DNA of 64,000 nt, taken from NCBI RefSeq assembly GCF_009834535.1, contig NC_045700.1:48856001-48920000 (forward strand), in the 5' to 3' direction. The notes under the pieces are model-generated. The model saw only the letters and a list, made by a program, of their open reading frames with translations. It was not told the origin of the DNA and did not search any database. The number at the start of each line of letters is the position of its first letter. Within the stretch, counting starts at the first letter, position 1. The position numbers and the translations under genes were made by a program. This stretch comes from Camelus ferus (taxonomy: Eukaryota). Positions 34,317-46,885 of this stretch are shown in pieces.

Positions 34317-35492
34317 ATTTATTTATTCATTTATTTATTTATTTCCAGTTTTATTGAGAAATAATTGACATACATCACTGTATAAATTTGTGGCATACAG
34401 CACAATGGTTTGATTTACATATATTGTGAAATGATTACCAGTTCAGTTAACATCCATCTTCTCATATAGACACAATAAAAAAAAGAAAGAAGAAAAGAAT
34501 AAAGGAAAAAAATTTTTCTGCTTGGGATGAGAACGCTTAGGATTTTCTCTCTTAACTTTCCTGTGAATCATGGCAGTGTTTGCTATAGTCATTATGTTGT
34601 ACATTACATCTTATCTATCTTATAATTGGAAGTTTGTACCTTTTGACCACCTTCCTCCAATTTCCCCTTACAAGTCTGTTCTCTTTTTTATCAGTTTGGG
34701 TGTTTGGTTTTTTTTTTTTTCAGATTTCACATATAAGTGAGATCATATGGTATTTGTCTTTCTGACTTATTTCACTTAGCATAATGCTTTCAAGATCCAT
34801 CTANNNNNNNNNNNNNNNNNNNNNNNNNNNNNNNNNNNNNNNNNNNNNNNNNNNNNNNNNNNNNNNNNNNNNNNNNNNNNNNNNNNNNNNNNNNNNNNNN
34901 NNNNNNNNNNNNNNNNNNNNNNNNNNNNNNNNNNNNNNNNNNNNNNNNNNNNNNNNNNNNNNNNNNNNNNNNNNNNNNNNNNNNNNNNNNNNNNNTTTCA
35001 AATTAGTGTTTTCATTTTTTTNNNNNNNNNNNNNNNNNNNNNNNNNNNNNNNNNNNNNNNNNNNNNNNNNNNNNNNNNNNNNNNNNNNNNNNNNNNNNNN
35101 NNNNNNNNNNNNNNNNNNNNNNNNNNNNNNNNNNNNNNNNNNNNNNNNNNNNNNNNNNNNNNNNNNNNNNNNNNNNNNNNNNNNNATTTGTGGTCTTTTT
35201 TGGGGAGGGGGGAGGTAATTAGGTTTATTTATTTATTCACATTTTTTTAGAGGAGGTCCTGGGGATTGAACCCAGGACCTCATACATGCTAAGCATGTGC
35301 TCTACCACTTGAGCTATACCCTCCCCTCCATTTGTGGTCTTTTTGATGATAGCTATTGTGACAGGTGTGAGGTGCTATCTAGTGGTTTTGATTTGCATTT
35401 CTCTGATGAATAGTAATGTTGAGCATCTTTTCATGTGCCTGCTGGCCATCTGTATGTTTTCTTTGGAAGAATATCTATTCAGGTCTTCTGGG
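34317..35492 (-). mobile_element. 5'-truncated L1 (L1MA-like 3'UTR plus ORF2 end) with 12-bp TSD, containing a nested SINE and two N-runs
   Basis: TTAAGCTTTATT 34305-34316 versus TTAGGCTTTATT 35493-35504; antisense L1 text through GTTGAGCATCTTTTCATGTGCCTG. Confidence 0.92.
35201..35329 (-). mobile_element. Vic-1-type SINE nested in L1, TSD of at least 15 bp
   Basis: ATTTGTGGTCTTTTT at 35186-35200 and 35330-35344; L1 sequence resumes on both sides. Confidence 0.93.
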
Positions 35493-36526
35493 TTAGGCTT
35501 TATTTTTAATTTTAAGGTCATTGGAACTTCTTCTGTCATTGTGTCTGCAGAGGACTAGGTAAAGGGATCCTCTGCTGTTGATTCTGCTGTTGGACTAAAT
35601 CCTAAACTGCTCTTCTGGAACAAAATTGGTGCTCTTCCCATCCACTGAGACTTTCTTCACAGTGACTATAACTCATTTACCCATATAGTTCATTTATCCA
35701 TCTAGTTCTCACTTTGTCCTTCAGATGGGAAGCACTCCAGTTGTCTTCTGGCTTGCAACTTCAGCATCTCCTAACTTCCCCATTCCAGCAACAACTTCAG
35801 TGGCTACCACAGGAAATGCTCTCCCAGCATCCGCATAGGGAGGGAAATGATGCTTCTATCAGACTTGTTCCAGGCTTGAGGTGGAATCCAGATCCTTTCT
35901 TCCTTCCCGNNNNNNNNNNNNNNNNNNNNNNNNNNNNNNNNNNNNNNNNNNNNNNNNNNNNNNNNNNNNNNNNNNNNNNNNNNNNNNNNNNNNNNNNNNN
36001 NNNNNNNNNNNNNNNNNNNNNNNNNNNNNNNNNNNNNNNNNNNNNNNNNNNNNNNNNNNNNNNNNNNNNNNNNNNNNNNNNNNNNNNNNNNNNNNNNNNN
36101 NNNNNNNNNNNNNNNNNNNNNNNNNNNNNNNNNNNNNNNNNNNNNNNNNNNNNNNNNNNNNNNNNNNNNNNNNNNNNNNNNNNNNNNNNNNNNNNNNNNN
36201 NNNNNNNNNNNNNNNNNNNNGGTGGGATGGATAGGATCAGAAACCAACTCAGAGGTGGGCTTATGGCTGAATTCTTTAGATCAAATTAGACTACAGAAAA
36301 TTTCAGCAGAATTAGAATATGGCAATAAGTCAGTAACTGATATTTACAGCTATTCCTTTAATATTTGCAGCTATTCTGCTGTTTAAATTCTTTTTATGAC
36401 TAGGATGAATTCATTGGAGCTGTGAAAAGCATAACTTCCTTGAGGAATTTCTAGCAGAAGGAGCAATAATTTTCAATGTAGAGGAAAATAAAGTATAAGT
36501 ATTAAGAGTGAATTCACCTAAGATGG

Positions 36527-37100
36527 AATTAGTTAGGATTAGATATTGCAGCAAGTAACAGAAACCCAAAATAATAGTGGCTTTAACAAAATGGAGCTTT
36601 ATTTCTCCATGTAAAAAATCTAGAAGTAGGCAGTCCTTGGAGTCATCAGGGATTCAGGTTCCCCCTGTCTTTCTTTCTTTCTTTCTTTCTTTCTTTTTTT
36701 TTTTTTTTTTTTTTGAAGGGAAGGTAATTAGGTTTAGTTACTTATTTTTTGGAGGAGGTACTGGGAATTGAACCCAGGACTTTGTGCATGCTAAGCATGC
36801 ACTCTACCACTTGAGCTATACCCTCCCCCCATCCCCCTGTCTTTCTGTTTTATTATCTCTAGTGTTCCATCTCCTGGTCCAAAGTGGTTGCAATAGTTCC
36901 AGCTGTCACATTCGCATTCCAGCCAAGAAGAAAGAAGACTATTATATACACATCTCTTATATTGCATTAGATTGAACTTAGTCATATGGCCATACCTAGC
37001 TGCTAGGGAAGTTGGGAAATCTCTTTTATTAGGTGGCCACACGCTCAGCTAAAAGTCAGTACTATTGCAAGGAAGAAGGAAAGAATAGATGTTGGGGAAT
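36527..37100 (-). mobile_element. MaLR LTR (MLT1J/K-like) split by a SINE
   Basis: TTAGTTAGGATTAG...GCAAGTAACAGAAACCCAA...GTGGCTTTAACAA start; AGTCATATGGCCATACCTAGCTGC...GGGAAGTTGGGAAAT end region. Confidence 0.8.
36675..36831 (-). mobile_element. Vic-1-type SINE nested in an MLT1 LTR, 15-bp TSD, tail expanded into (TTTC)n/T-run
   Basis: TCCCCCTGTCTTTCT at 36660-36674 and 36832-36846; intact A box (TAGCTCAAGTGG) and B box (GGTTCAATTCC). Confidence 0.93.
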
Positions 37101-38401
37101 AGATAAATATGATGCAAATGGGTACGGCTGGGGGTAAAAAGATGCATGAGCTTTTTATGAAAACAAATCCCAAAGAATTTCTGCCTTCCAACATTAAACA
37201 AGTAGTTTAAAATATGTGTTAAATCATTTTCAGGAACATTTTTATGATAGAAGTACAGCACAAGTCTCAAGAACTTGATATTAAAAGCACATCACAAGTT
37301 GTAACTCTTAATGTAGGTGTTGAGAATGAAGAAGAGTGAGGGAATGTTGTGAACAAAGACCTCAGATACTTTTGGTTATAGGGGCCCCAAGAGGTGTAAG
37401 AGCAGCCTGTCACGACGTGAGGGATGATTTTGATCATTGTCAGCGGAGTTCCTCTGCATTGCAGATCTGGGACTTGGGAGTTTAATTTTTGTCAGATTCT
37501 CCTAGGTAGCATTTCTGTACTTAGATTTTCAAATCAGAGAAACTGAAATCTCAACTCCAAAGGATAACAGTTGTTTGTTCTTTCCCCCAAAGGAGAATTT
37601 TTCCTCCCAAATGAGTCAGCTTTGGTTCCTTCTTGCTGTTTCCCAAAGCAATTATCTATTTATACTGTGGTGCTCCAAGATAACTCAGTGTGCTTAACTA
37701 TTAGGGAATGATTATGTACACCCCAAATAGAGTTCACCAGTTTGTATATGTGTCGGGAGGAAACAAGAGAACTTTCCCTGTGAAGCCCCAGGTCACTCAC
37801 CACTGCATTTTGGTCTCACTTGTTCCCTCTGGAGGACTTTTAGATCTACATCACTCAGGGTGGGGGGCCCTTTCTGTTTCACTCAGTATCCCAAGTGCCT
37901 AGCACAGCAGCTCTCACAAAGCTAGCTCTCCAAAAATTTTTGTTGAAAATTGTCTGAAGATGGTTCATCAGAAACAGTGACAGAAAAGCACCCAATGAAA
38001 ATCAGCAACACAGCTCTTGGTTAGTCTTGGGTCATTTTTAGTAGTTTTAAGAGAAAAGAAAATTCTCAGCAAGATGGCCTGGGGAAGTCTCAAGCTTTCG
38101 TAAAAAAGTGATGAAGGAAAAATATTTCTATGACAACTGCTCTTCAGTGTGAAAAATCCACAGCTGTAGACCACGACAAAGCCAAGAAGACCTAATCTGG
38201 AAGAGCTTAAGCATTTTACCATACTAGATTTCAGGACACGTCATTATTCCTTTTGCTACTTCTGTTTGCCAGTTCTGCCCATTTGCCAAAATAAAGTTGT
38301 CCTTTTCCAGCCAAACCTCAGCTGTGAGAGTGAACTAATGACTTCAGAATGGAAGACAGATGCTTCCTGCAGGAGGTTTCTCGGGGCAAAGAACAGGCAA
38401 C

Positions 38402-39160
38402 CAGGACTGTTTACAGAGTTCGTGAGGCCTGGTGCAAAATGAAAACTTGGGAGGCCACTTGTTCAAAAATTGGGAAAAAGTACCATTAAAGATATAAAAT
38501 AAAAAAATTTTTCCTTTCTTCCTCCACCTCTCTCTTGACTTATACGGTTTTTTATTTGTTATTTAATTCTGCTCTAAGTAAAGAAAAATTAGACCTTTTA
38601 AATTACTGGCATGATTTTTTCCCATTCATCCTTTTATCGTGAAATTCCAGTTTAAAATGTAAATATGAGAACATTTAACTTGCACTTGAGATCACTGAAA
38701 TTACACAATTTGTACTTTGTTACTAGTACATGCATATGTATTTTATTCTTACTAGAAAGCTGGAAATGCTTTTAAAAAAAGACTCAGTTGCTTTTTATTT
38801 CACTTCTCAATCTATGCATGTTCTACAAGCACTCCACGGAAGCCAAAGGCTTCCATAAAATGCTTACCTTGTCCTTGTTTTGAGTCCTGCTGAACTCCCA
38901 TCCTGGGTGTGCTGAAAATCAGGAATGCTGTATGCAAGTGGTCTGGCAAGGAACACACAAGGACACACAAATATTGTGCATATCTGCTTGTGCATATCTA
39001 CATTGTGCCTTTGGACTTAACTTACAAAACACGAATTCAAAGATAAAATTATTATGGATTTTAACACAGTGACAGTAGAGAGTTAAACCAAGTGTGGGTC
39101 CCTTCTGAATGTGGTGCCTTGTGTGACTGCCCAAGTCACACACCCATGAAGCCAGCCCTG
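38402..39160 (-). mobile_element. hAT-Tip100 non-autonomous DNA transposon (MER45B-like), both ends present
   Basis: Left end CAGGACTG...GGCCTGGTGCAAAATGAAAA...CTTGTTCAAAAATT; right end TTAAACCAAGTGTGGGTCCCTTCTGA...CCCATGAAGCCAGCCCTG. Imperfect terminal inverted repeats; decayed 8-bp TSD CAGGCAAC/CATGTAAC. Confidence 0.85.
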
Positions 39161-40524
39161 CATGTAACCAAACTACGAGTTATTCTTTCTTTTTCAATAA
39201 TTTGAGAAATCAGTAATCATAGGAAGAGCACAAACAAAATGAGCACCTGCCAATAGGGGCACTATTAAAAAATCGTATTGCAGTGAGTAGCTCAAGGCTG
39301 AGGTAAATTTTGAAATGTTATAAAAGAGTTAATAGGAAAAAAAGAACTTGAAGTCGAAGTTCAACTAAGAGGCATCTGAAGTGCAGTAATTACGTAGTTG
39401 TGGGGAAAATTAGTGGATTCAGATTTTTAAAAGAATGAAACATTTTTGTTTATTGTTGCAAACTTTACAACTTTTAATAAAATTTAAAAATTATAGAATG
39501 GTAATATTAAAAACTAGTCTCACAATTTTCATATATTTTTATTGCCTATATCTATAACATAACGATTTTTACTACTAATTTAGGCGGATGACTTAAGAAT
39601 AAACAAAGATATGAATCTTGTTCTTCTCATGCAGTAAAATTTTGTATAATTTTGTTGATGAGAATTGGCACCATAATAGCCCCAAAGGAAAATCCATCGA
39701 AACCTTTTCAACTGGAAGGATTTAAAGAAACAATGATAAATAAGCCACTAACTTGTTTTTGTGTTAATGTATCTTCTTTTATATTGGGGTGAAAAATTCA
39801 GCTTTATTTTCAAATGATCAATAAAAATATAAATAACTATATTAGAATGATATGGAAAAATCGTATGTGACAAGTAAGCTATGATTAAGTATATGAATAT
39901 ACAGCTTTGTGAGTATTAAAATGTTACTGCAAAATAAAGATGTATTATATACTCACTAATAATTTTTATGATAAAATTAATCAAAAGCCAGATCATTCTT
40001 GTGTTTGATCAAATCTTCCTTAAAAATAACTTTTTCAAACACACATATGCACAGGTGCGCACACACACACACTTGATTATGCATTAAATATTCCTGAAAG
40101 GACATTCAAGAATGTGTTAATTAGGTGGTTCCACACTTGCGGAGTGAGGTCAGATGTTGAGAGGAAGAACTTTTACTTTTCACCCTTTCCCCATCTTCTG
40201 TGCTATTTGGATTTTATGCCATGAGCTTGATTTTATTTTAATAATTTAAAAATTGGCTAATCAACAAAGGTAGTCATTGGGTGAGTATACACGAAAACAC
40301 ACACTGCAGTCTACAGGCACACATGGTACACACGTGTCTCTACCATGCCTTCATTTCTTAAGTTGGTTGCAACCAGTCTTTAGCCCAAGGACATCTTTGC
40401 ATTAATAATGTCACTGGGGGTCCTCAGAGGAAAAGCATCTGTAAAGGAGAGGGGCTTTTTGCAGTAGAAGGGCTTAATAGTCACTCATGAGGAAGAGTAG
40501 TACTCATAAAACTTTTCTGTCATA

Positions 40525-41430
40525 TCTTGTATGTAAATGATATTCTTTTATACTTTTATAACATTCTTTAATCAGGAATTCATTCTTTTTATTACCGAGT
40601 AGTACTGTGTTGTAGATTTACCACAATTATTTATTCATCCTACTTTTGGTGGATATTGGGTTATTCCTAGTGCTATGGCTTGAACTGTGTAGAACATTTT
40701 TTTGAAACTGAAAAATTCATATCGATACAAAATTAGAGAGAAATGAACCCCCATGTATCTATCACCCAACTTCAGCAATGATCAACTTATGCACAATTTT
40801 GTTTTGTTTATACCCTCACCCACCTCCTCATCTCAACTGAATTATTTTGGAGCAAATCTAAATATCCTATCTCTTCATAAATATTTCAGTATGTATTCCT
40901 ATGAGGACTAAAAAAAAAAGTGACCACAATACAATTATCACATCTTAAAAATTTCTCAGGAATTCCTTATTATTGTTAAATATCCAGTTATTGTCAAAAT
41001 ATCCCTAATTGTCTCGTAAATGGGCCTTTTACAGTTGAGTTGTGTCCTTGTTTTTCTCTTTCCCTTTGTTTGTTGAAGAAACCAGGTATTCTGTCCCATA
41101 GCGTTTTCCATAGTCTGGATGTTGCTGATTGCCTCCCCCGGTTATTGTTTACCATGTTTTCTTTCCCCTGTATTTCTTGTAAATTAGGAGTTAGACCTGG
41201 ATCCTTGACCAGAGCAGTTTCTATTGTTGGGGAAGACTATTTCATAAGTAGTGTTGGGTACTCCTTGCTGGTTCACCTCAGAAAGCACATAATGCCTGAT
41301 TGCCTCTGTTGTGTGATGTTAGCGTTGATCAGCAGTTCAAGGGCTGTCAGCAGAATGTCCTGCTGTAGCCTCCTCACTGGTCTCCCTACTTTGCCCTTGT
41401 TCTCTCCCCATAAGGGATGTTTTCCATGGG
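40525..41430 (-). mobile_element. Old L1 fragments (L1ME and L1MC-like)
   Basis: ATGAACCCCCATGTATCTATCACCCAACTTCAGCAATGATCAAC and TTGAAGAAACCAGG...ATAGTCTGGAT motifs typical of L1MC 3' regions. Confidence 0.7.
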
Positions 41431-41740
41431 GGAGGGATGAGCTGTGTACTGGCTGGGTGATTCTGGTGATCTCGGCTGGGCTTGGCTGGGTGATTTTTCT
41501 GGGCTCATCTAGGGCTCACACACTAGTTGGCCAGCTAGCTGTCAGATCTAGGATGGCTCCAGTGGGATGACTCATCTGCTCCTTGTGTCGCAAGGATGAG
41601 CCCAGGCATGTTCTCATGGCAATTACAAGGGTCCAAAAGCTTTCCATATTTGATATCATCTGACTCACTACAAAGATCATTCTTTCCTAGTAAAGCAAAT
41701 TCTTCATTAGGCTTCTGGTTAGTTTTCAATATGAGCATTC
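41431..41740 (-). mobile_element. MaLR LTR fragment (MLT1-like)
   Basis: GATCTCGGCTGGGCTTGGCTGGG...CAGGCATGTTCTCATGGCA motifs. Confidence 0.65.
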
Positions 41741-43049
41741 AATACAGATCTCCTATATGATAGAGCTGACCTTTCTGAAATTTTGGTAGTTCATTTTCTC
41801 TCTTATGTAACAGGATAAGGTTTATTATTAACGTTTTCTAGTTCCTGTACTTACATAGTTTTATAGACTTTCTGATGTGATTAAAGGTCTTTATCATTTT
41901 ATTTTGAGCTTGTCAGTTCAATCCACATGAGAATTCTTTATTTCCTTTCATTTGTCTCATTGACTCTTTTACTTCCTGCACAATTCTTCTCTTTCTTTTG
42001 ACAGCCCAAGCAGATTCACAGACAGTCCTGTTTTAGCTGTGCCAGCCTAGCTATTCAGTTTATTCTTGGGAAATTCAGGAAAAACCTGTTGCAGTTAGCA
42101 TTTATAAACTTTTGTGATATTTACTTAACAAATGTGGCCTTTAGGAGCTCAAGGTAGGCATTGACTGAGTTGACAAATAAAAATAGTGAGATGGCAAACC
42201 CAGGCACCAGTAGATGAGTCACTCTGGAATGATGCTTATGTGAGATGAGGAATATTTTCCCCTCAATGTTAGAAGCAGCTCTGCCAATCATTCATTTCTT
42301 CGATAATTTACAGCATCTTGGGGCTTTTAAATTATACAAGCTATATCTATAGCTATTTCTCTCCTCTTGACTCGACCAAATTTATCTTATTGGTTGTTTC
42401 ATACTCTTCAAACTATTTTAAAAGGAAGAACTCACTTAATAGTGACAAAACATTGTGTCATACCTCAGGAAGTGTTAATTTATAGGCAGAAAAAACTAAA
42501 GCTCAGGAGGATGGCTTTCCTCTAATTCATGGTAGAGCAGAGGACTAGGTGAGAGCACATAAGCCTAAATCTATGCTGAAAGGCAACCCCGTACTCACCC
42601 CACATGCGAAGGCAAGATAACTTACAGCCTGAACTTGGAGGATGTTACATAATTAAGTATTTTGCTGGAAATCAAGAATTGAAAGCCTTGGATGGATTTT
42701 GCTAAACAACACTGGGATCTATGAATGCTAAAGAAGTAGAAAAGAAAAAGAAAGCAATTTTTTTTTTTCAGAGCTTAGTCAGCTTTATGTGGGTCTCTAA
42801 GGGACCAGCTAAACAATAATTAAAAATGATAGAGGGCTTGAGTGTCTTTCATTATAAACATCCTTAAAATCTGGAAACTACAGAAAACCTTGAACACCAT
42901 TATCACCAGTTTGAAATAGTATCAGTTTAACACTGATCATCAATAAAACACTATCAGTTTAAAAATATTTCTTGAATGTCTTAACATTATGTTCAGCACT
43001 TCCAAGGAGTGAAGATGAAAAGAAATTTGCCCTGGTAACTTTTTAAAGA

Positions 43050-43215
43050 GACAGTAACCTCTTTTGAGTCACAGACTACTTAAGGGTCATTTGAAAGCTA
43101 TGAATTTTCTCTTCAGAAAATGCACATCGAAACATACACTCAAAATTTTACAATCAATTTTTGGGGATTTATGGGCTTCCCAGAAGCCCATTCATGGATC
43201 TTCTTGGGGTGAGTT
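43050..43215. mobile_element. Small old hAT-type element remnant
   Basis: TTTTGAGTCACAGAC...AAAGCTATG...CAGAAAATGCACA...AAGCCCATTCATGGA resembles short hAT MITE consensus text; family not assigned. Confidence 0.45.
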
Positions 43216-43462
43216 ATGGATTTCATGCCCCTGTTGTTTTGGGAAGAAACAAATTAGGAGTCACATGTGCCCCTGACTTGCCATCTGATCTTGATGAAGT
43301 CACTCAGCATCTTTAAGACTCAGTTTCTCCATCTGTGGAAAAAAGAAACATGGACCTGATAACCTTCCACATATAACTTCCTCTGTCCTTTGGGGACCAA
43401 TAATCTGTCTGGGAAGATAAAATGAACAATCACAAAAATTTCAAGGCAGTATTTTCCCAACG

Positions 43463-43586
43463 TTTATTTATTTATTTATTTATTTATTTTTAATTAAAAA
43501 AACTTATTTTAATGGAGGTACTGGGGGTTGAACCCAGGACCTCGTGCATGCTAAGAATGCACTCTACCGCTGAGCCATACCCTCCT
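43463..43586 (-). mobile_element. Vic-1-type SINE
   Basis: tRNA-Ala head on the minus strand with a (TTTA)n tail; no clear TSD. Confidence 0.88.
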
Positions 43587-43589
43587 CTG

Positions 43590-43910
43590 CAACTTCATGA
43601 CTTTAAATACCCCCTATAGGCTGCTGAATCTCAAGTTCCTTGAACCTCTCCCCTGAGTCCCGGATCACCTACTTATCATCTCCCATTGGGTGTGCAGTGA
43701 GCATTTGAGCATCTCAAACTTAACACACCCAAATATGGCTCCAGATAGTCCCTTCTGCCCCCAAATGCTTTCTCAGTCTTCTCTATTTTAATTAATAGCA
43801 AGGCCATCCTTCCAAAACCCTTAAACCTTGGCATCATCATTGGCATTTCTCCTTGCCACACACCCTACATCTAATCCCTCAGCAAGTCTTGTTGGCTATC
43901 TCAGTTTACC
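43590..43910 (+). mobile_element. L2 LINE remnant
   Basis: GAGCATCTCAAACTTAACAC...AAACCTTGGCATCATC...CCCTACATCTAATCCCTCAGCAAGTCTTG. Confidence 0.75.
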
Positions 43911-44414
43911 CAAATGATAGAGAGTTTTTGCATAAAGATTGAAGAGCCATACTTTTAAAAACAGAAATACTAGGAGAATGCCAATATAGCGTCTGTGCCC
44001 ATTGAATATAGGGGACGGGAAGTGAGCTGCTTCCACTCCAGAGGGCCGCAGAAGGTTGCTGGGGCACAGAAGTTCTCAAATTCTCCCTAGGCAAGAGGTG
44101 AGTCAGATTTTGTTAAGAGGCTGAGGATGAGAGGAATTTGCTAACAATGGAATTACTGACCAGAGGGCACAAAGGAAATGACTCTGGAGATAATACCAGG
44201 AGATTATGTCATCACCACCACCATCATCATCATCATGTAGTCTAACATCCTATTAGAAGAATAGTAGGCATACATATACATGTATGTACATTGGTTTGGG
44301 CCCTAACATCTTAAATGTAATATACACGTGGCAATGTTAACTCAATAGTTTAATGCCAAGACAAGGTAATCAACAATGAAGTCCCAGATTGTAGCTAAAT
44401 TATAAGAATTGAAG

Positions 44415-44696
44415 AAAAAGACAAATATTGTATGATTCCACTTATATGAGATACCTAGAGTAGTCAAATTCATAGAGACAGAAAAACTGGTGGTTGCCAG
44501 GGAATGAGGGAGGAAGGAGAGGACTTAGAGTTTAGTGAGTAGAGTTTCAGTTTGGGAAGATGAAAAAATTCTGGAGATGGATGGTGGTGGTGGTGTATGC
44601 ACAACATGGTGAGTGTACTTCAGCCACTGAACAGTACACTTAAAAATGGTTCAAAATGGTAAGTTTTATCTTATTTCTTTTTACCACAATAAAAAA
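44415..44696 (+). mobile_element. L1 3' end (L1MB-like) with short TSD
   Basis: AAAGACAAATATTGTATGATTCCACTTATATGAG...GTGGTTGCCAGGG...ACCACAATAAAAAAA; AATTGAAG at 44407-44414 and 44697-44704. Confidence 0.88.
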
Positions 44697-44749
44697 AATT
44701 GAAGCAGTGTGCATTTTAACACTTACTAATCCAAGTGGGTTCACAGAAT

Positions 44750-44960
44750 GTCTGCTGCACACCCTACTACAGATCTGATGCTGTGGAAATTGTTTTATCC
44801 ACTTCCTCTTATTTAGTTCTCACTCAGCCTAATCAGGGAATAACAGCTATCCCCACCAAAGGAAAAGGAAAACTGCGAGCCAGAGAGTGTTCTGATCCAG
44901 TCATGCAGCTAGTAAGCAATGGAGCAGGGAATTCTATTCAAGCAAATGTGTCTGCAAAAC
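44750..44960 (-). mobile_element. MIR SINE
   Basis: GGAAAACTGCGAGCCAGAGAG...CATGCAGCTAGTAAGCAATGGAGCAGGGA. Confidence 0.65.
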
Positions 44961-46258
44961 GTATGCGCTTTCTATGTGCTAATCCCATCACACCACAAGA
45001 GGGGAGATGTCAACTCTGTTTTTAAAATGTTCCAAGGTCCACGTTTTAAGCATGTGGTATAGTCGTGGACCATTGGCAAACACTAGCAATTGATGGTTAA
45101 GGAAGCTCCTTTTAAACAAAAGCCAGACTGTGCTCAAGTTAAGAAGCCAGTGGTGCAGACCAGAGAAGTGACCGAGGCCTTGAATGAAAGGACAGTGTTG
45201 AGGGGGAACACTGGGGAAGGACTCACCGTCACACATCGGATTCATCAGCCGTCTCTGCACACAACAGGTAATAATTGCTATCACGGGGCATCACCCTCTG
45301 GATAATGCACAGCCAAGATACAATGTGCTCAGCAGTAAAATTAAAATTTTATATCTGTACTTTAGAAATATAAGTGTTTCATAAATACAAGGCATTAAAA
45401 TGATTTAGATTCTACAAAGCAGTCTGGGAAAAGGAACAGTTTTTATCAGATGGGGATCACAAAGCTCATGAACTGCCAAAACAATAGTGCCCCAGAGGAA
45501 TTAGGTACAGACCACTCGTGGAAGCTTTGCATATGCCAACTTGAACTTTTCTTTTTCTTTTTCCCACCAAAGCATGTTTTGGAAAATCTATGTATGTATC
45601 CTATTGTATAGAGAACTTCAAAAGCCTGAAGTGGACCACTGCAGAAACCTCAGAATACTGTCTTGAGAATACTTCAAATATTTCCAAAACACATCAGTGT
45701 AAAACATCTGCACTGTAAATTGAAGATGCCAACTGGGTTGCTAGTAAAGGCAAAGTTTAATATTCCCAGATGTTATTATACAGTATCTATGATACGTTGG
45801 CTGGGTAGGGTATGCACATTTGTACATCATGGTATTTTTTCAAAATGTAAATCTAGTCCCTGGAGATATAACAATAGCAAGGCTGAATAGATGTCTGAAA
45901 AGTAAAATTCATGTTTCTCTTTTTTTATTGTTAGTTTAAAAGCTGGGGGAGGGGAAAGAGCAAGAACATTAATTCCTCTATTACATGATACTTGTTTCTT
46001 ATTGAGGTTATAAGCAAATTCTTAATAAGCATAGATATGAAGTGAACAGGTTTTTATTTTGGCATTGATTATTCCCATTACAGATCTTTGAGAGGAAGCC
46101 ATGGAAGCTAAATATGCTCATTTACTTAATAAACTCTCTTGCTGAGGTATTGACCGTTATAGTATATTGTTTTTAAAGCTTTCTATATTTTAAGACGATT
46201 GATTGAAATGTTTAAAACAAAACAAAGTATGGTGATTTCACAACATCAAAAAGCCATA

Positions 46259-46393
46259 TAAGGAGCTATATTCAAATCTTGTAATAGCCTATAATGAAAA
46301 AGAATATACATATGTATAACTGAATCCCTCTACTGTACCCCAGAAACTAACACAACATTGTAAATCAACTGTATTTCAATTAAAAAAACACAC
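46259..46393 (+). mobile_element. Very short artiodactyl-type L1 3' end with 10-bp TSD
   Basis: GTATAACTGAATC...CAGAAACTAACACAACATTGTAAATCAACT; AAAAGCCATA at 46249-46258 and 46394-46403. Confidence 0.9.
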
Positions 46394-46784
46394 AAAAGCC
46401 ATACCTATATTATAGAAGTATTTTGGAGGATTTAGTGATTCATAGCATCCTTGCCCTTATGGGAGTTGGTAGCAAGGATAGAATAGCAGAAGCAGTTTCA
46501 TTCTGGAAGCTTTCTCCCACTTTACTCCATTTAGAACTGAGATTCAGTGATAATAACCATAACAGACATTTTTAAGTGCAAAGTTATTTTGGTTAACCCA
46601 AAGGACAACTTATATCTAGTCACTATCTCGTTCAATTATTCAATAGATTTTGAACTCAAAATATCATTATAGAAAGCAGAAAGGGAAAGTTGTCAAGGAC
46701 GTATGTGCTGTACAGAGGTAACATAGCTAAGGTACCAGTCTCCAAATACTTTGGCATTATGCAAAAACCTTCAAGGTTCTAGTT

Positions 46785-46885
46785 TCTAGCACTAACCAGT
46801 CACGTGACCTTGGAAAAATAAGTTCAGTTCTTTGGAACTATGTTTATTTTCAAAATAAGACAGTTGGGTTAGACTAGTTTTTCTG
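46785..46885 (+). mobile_element. MIR3-like fragment
   Basis: CACTAACCAGTCACGTGACCTTGGAAAA...GACAGTTGGGTTAGA. Confidence 0.55.

Noticed and set aside
41040-41570. 176-aa ORF
   Set aside because: Lies in antisense L1MC/MLT1 remnants, starts at a non-ATG codon, no recognisable protein.
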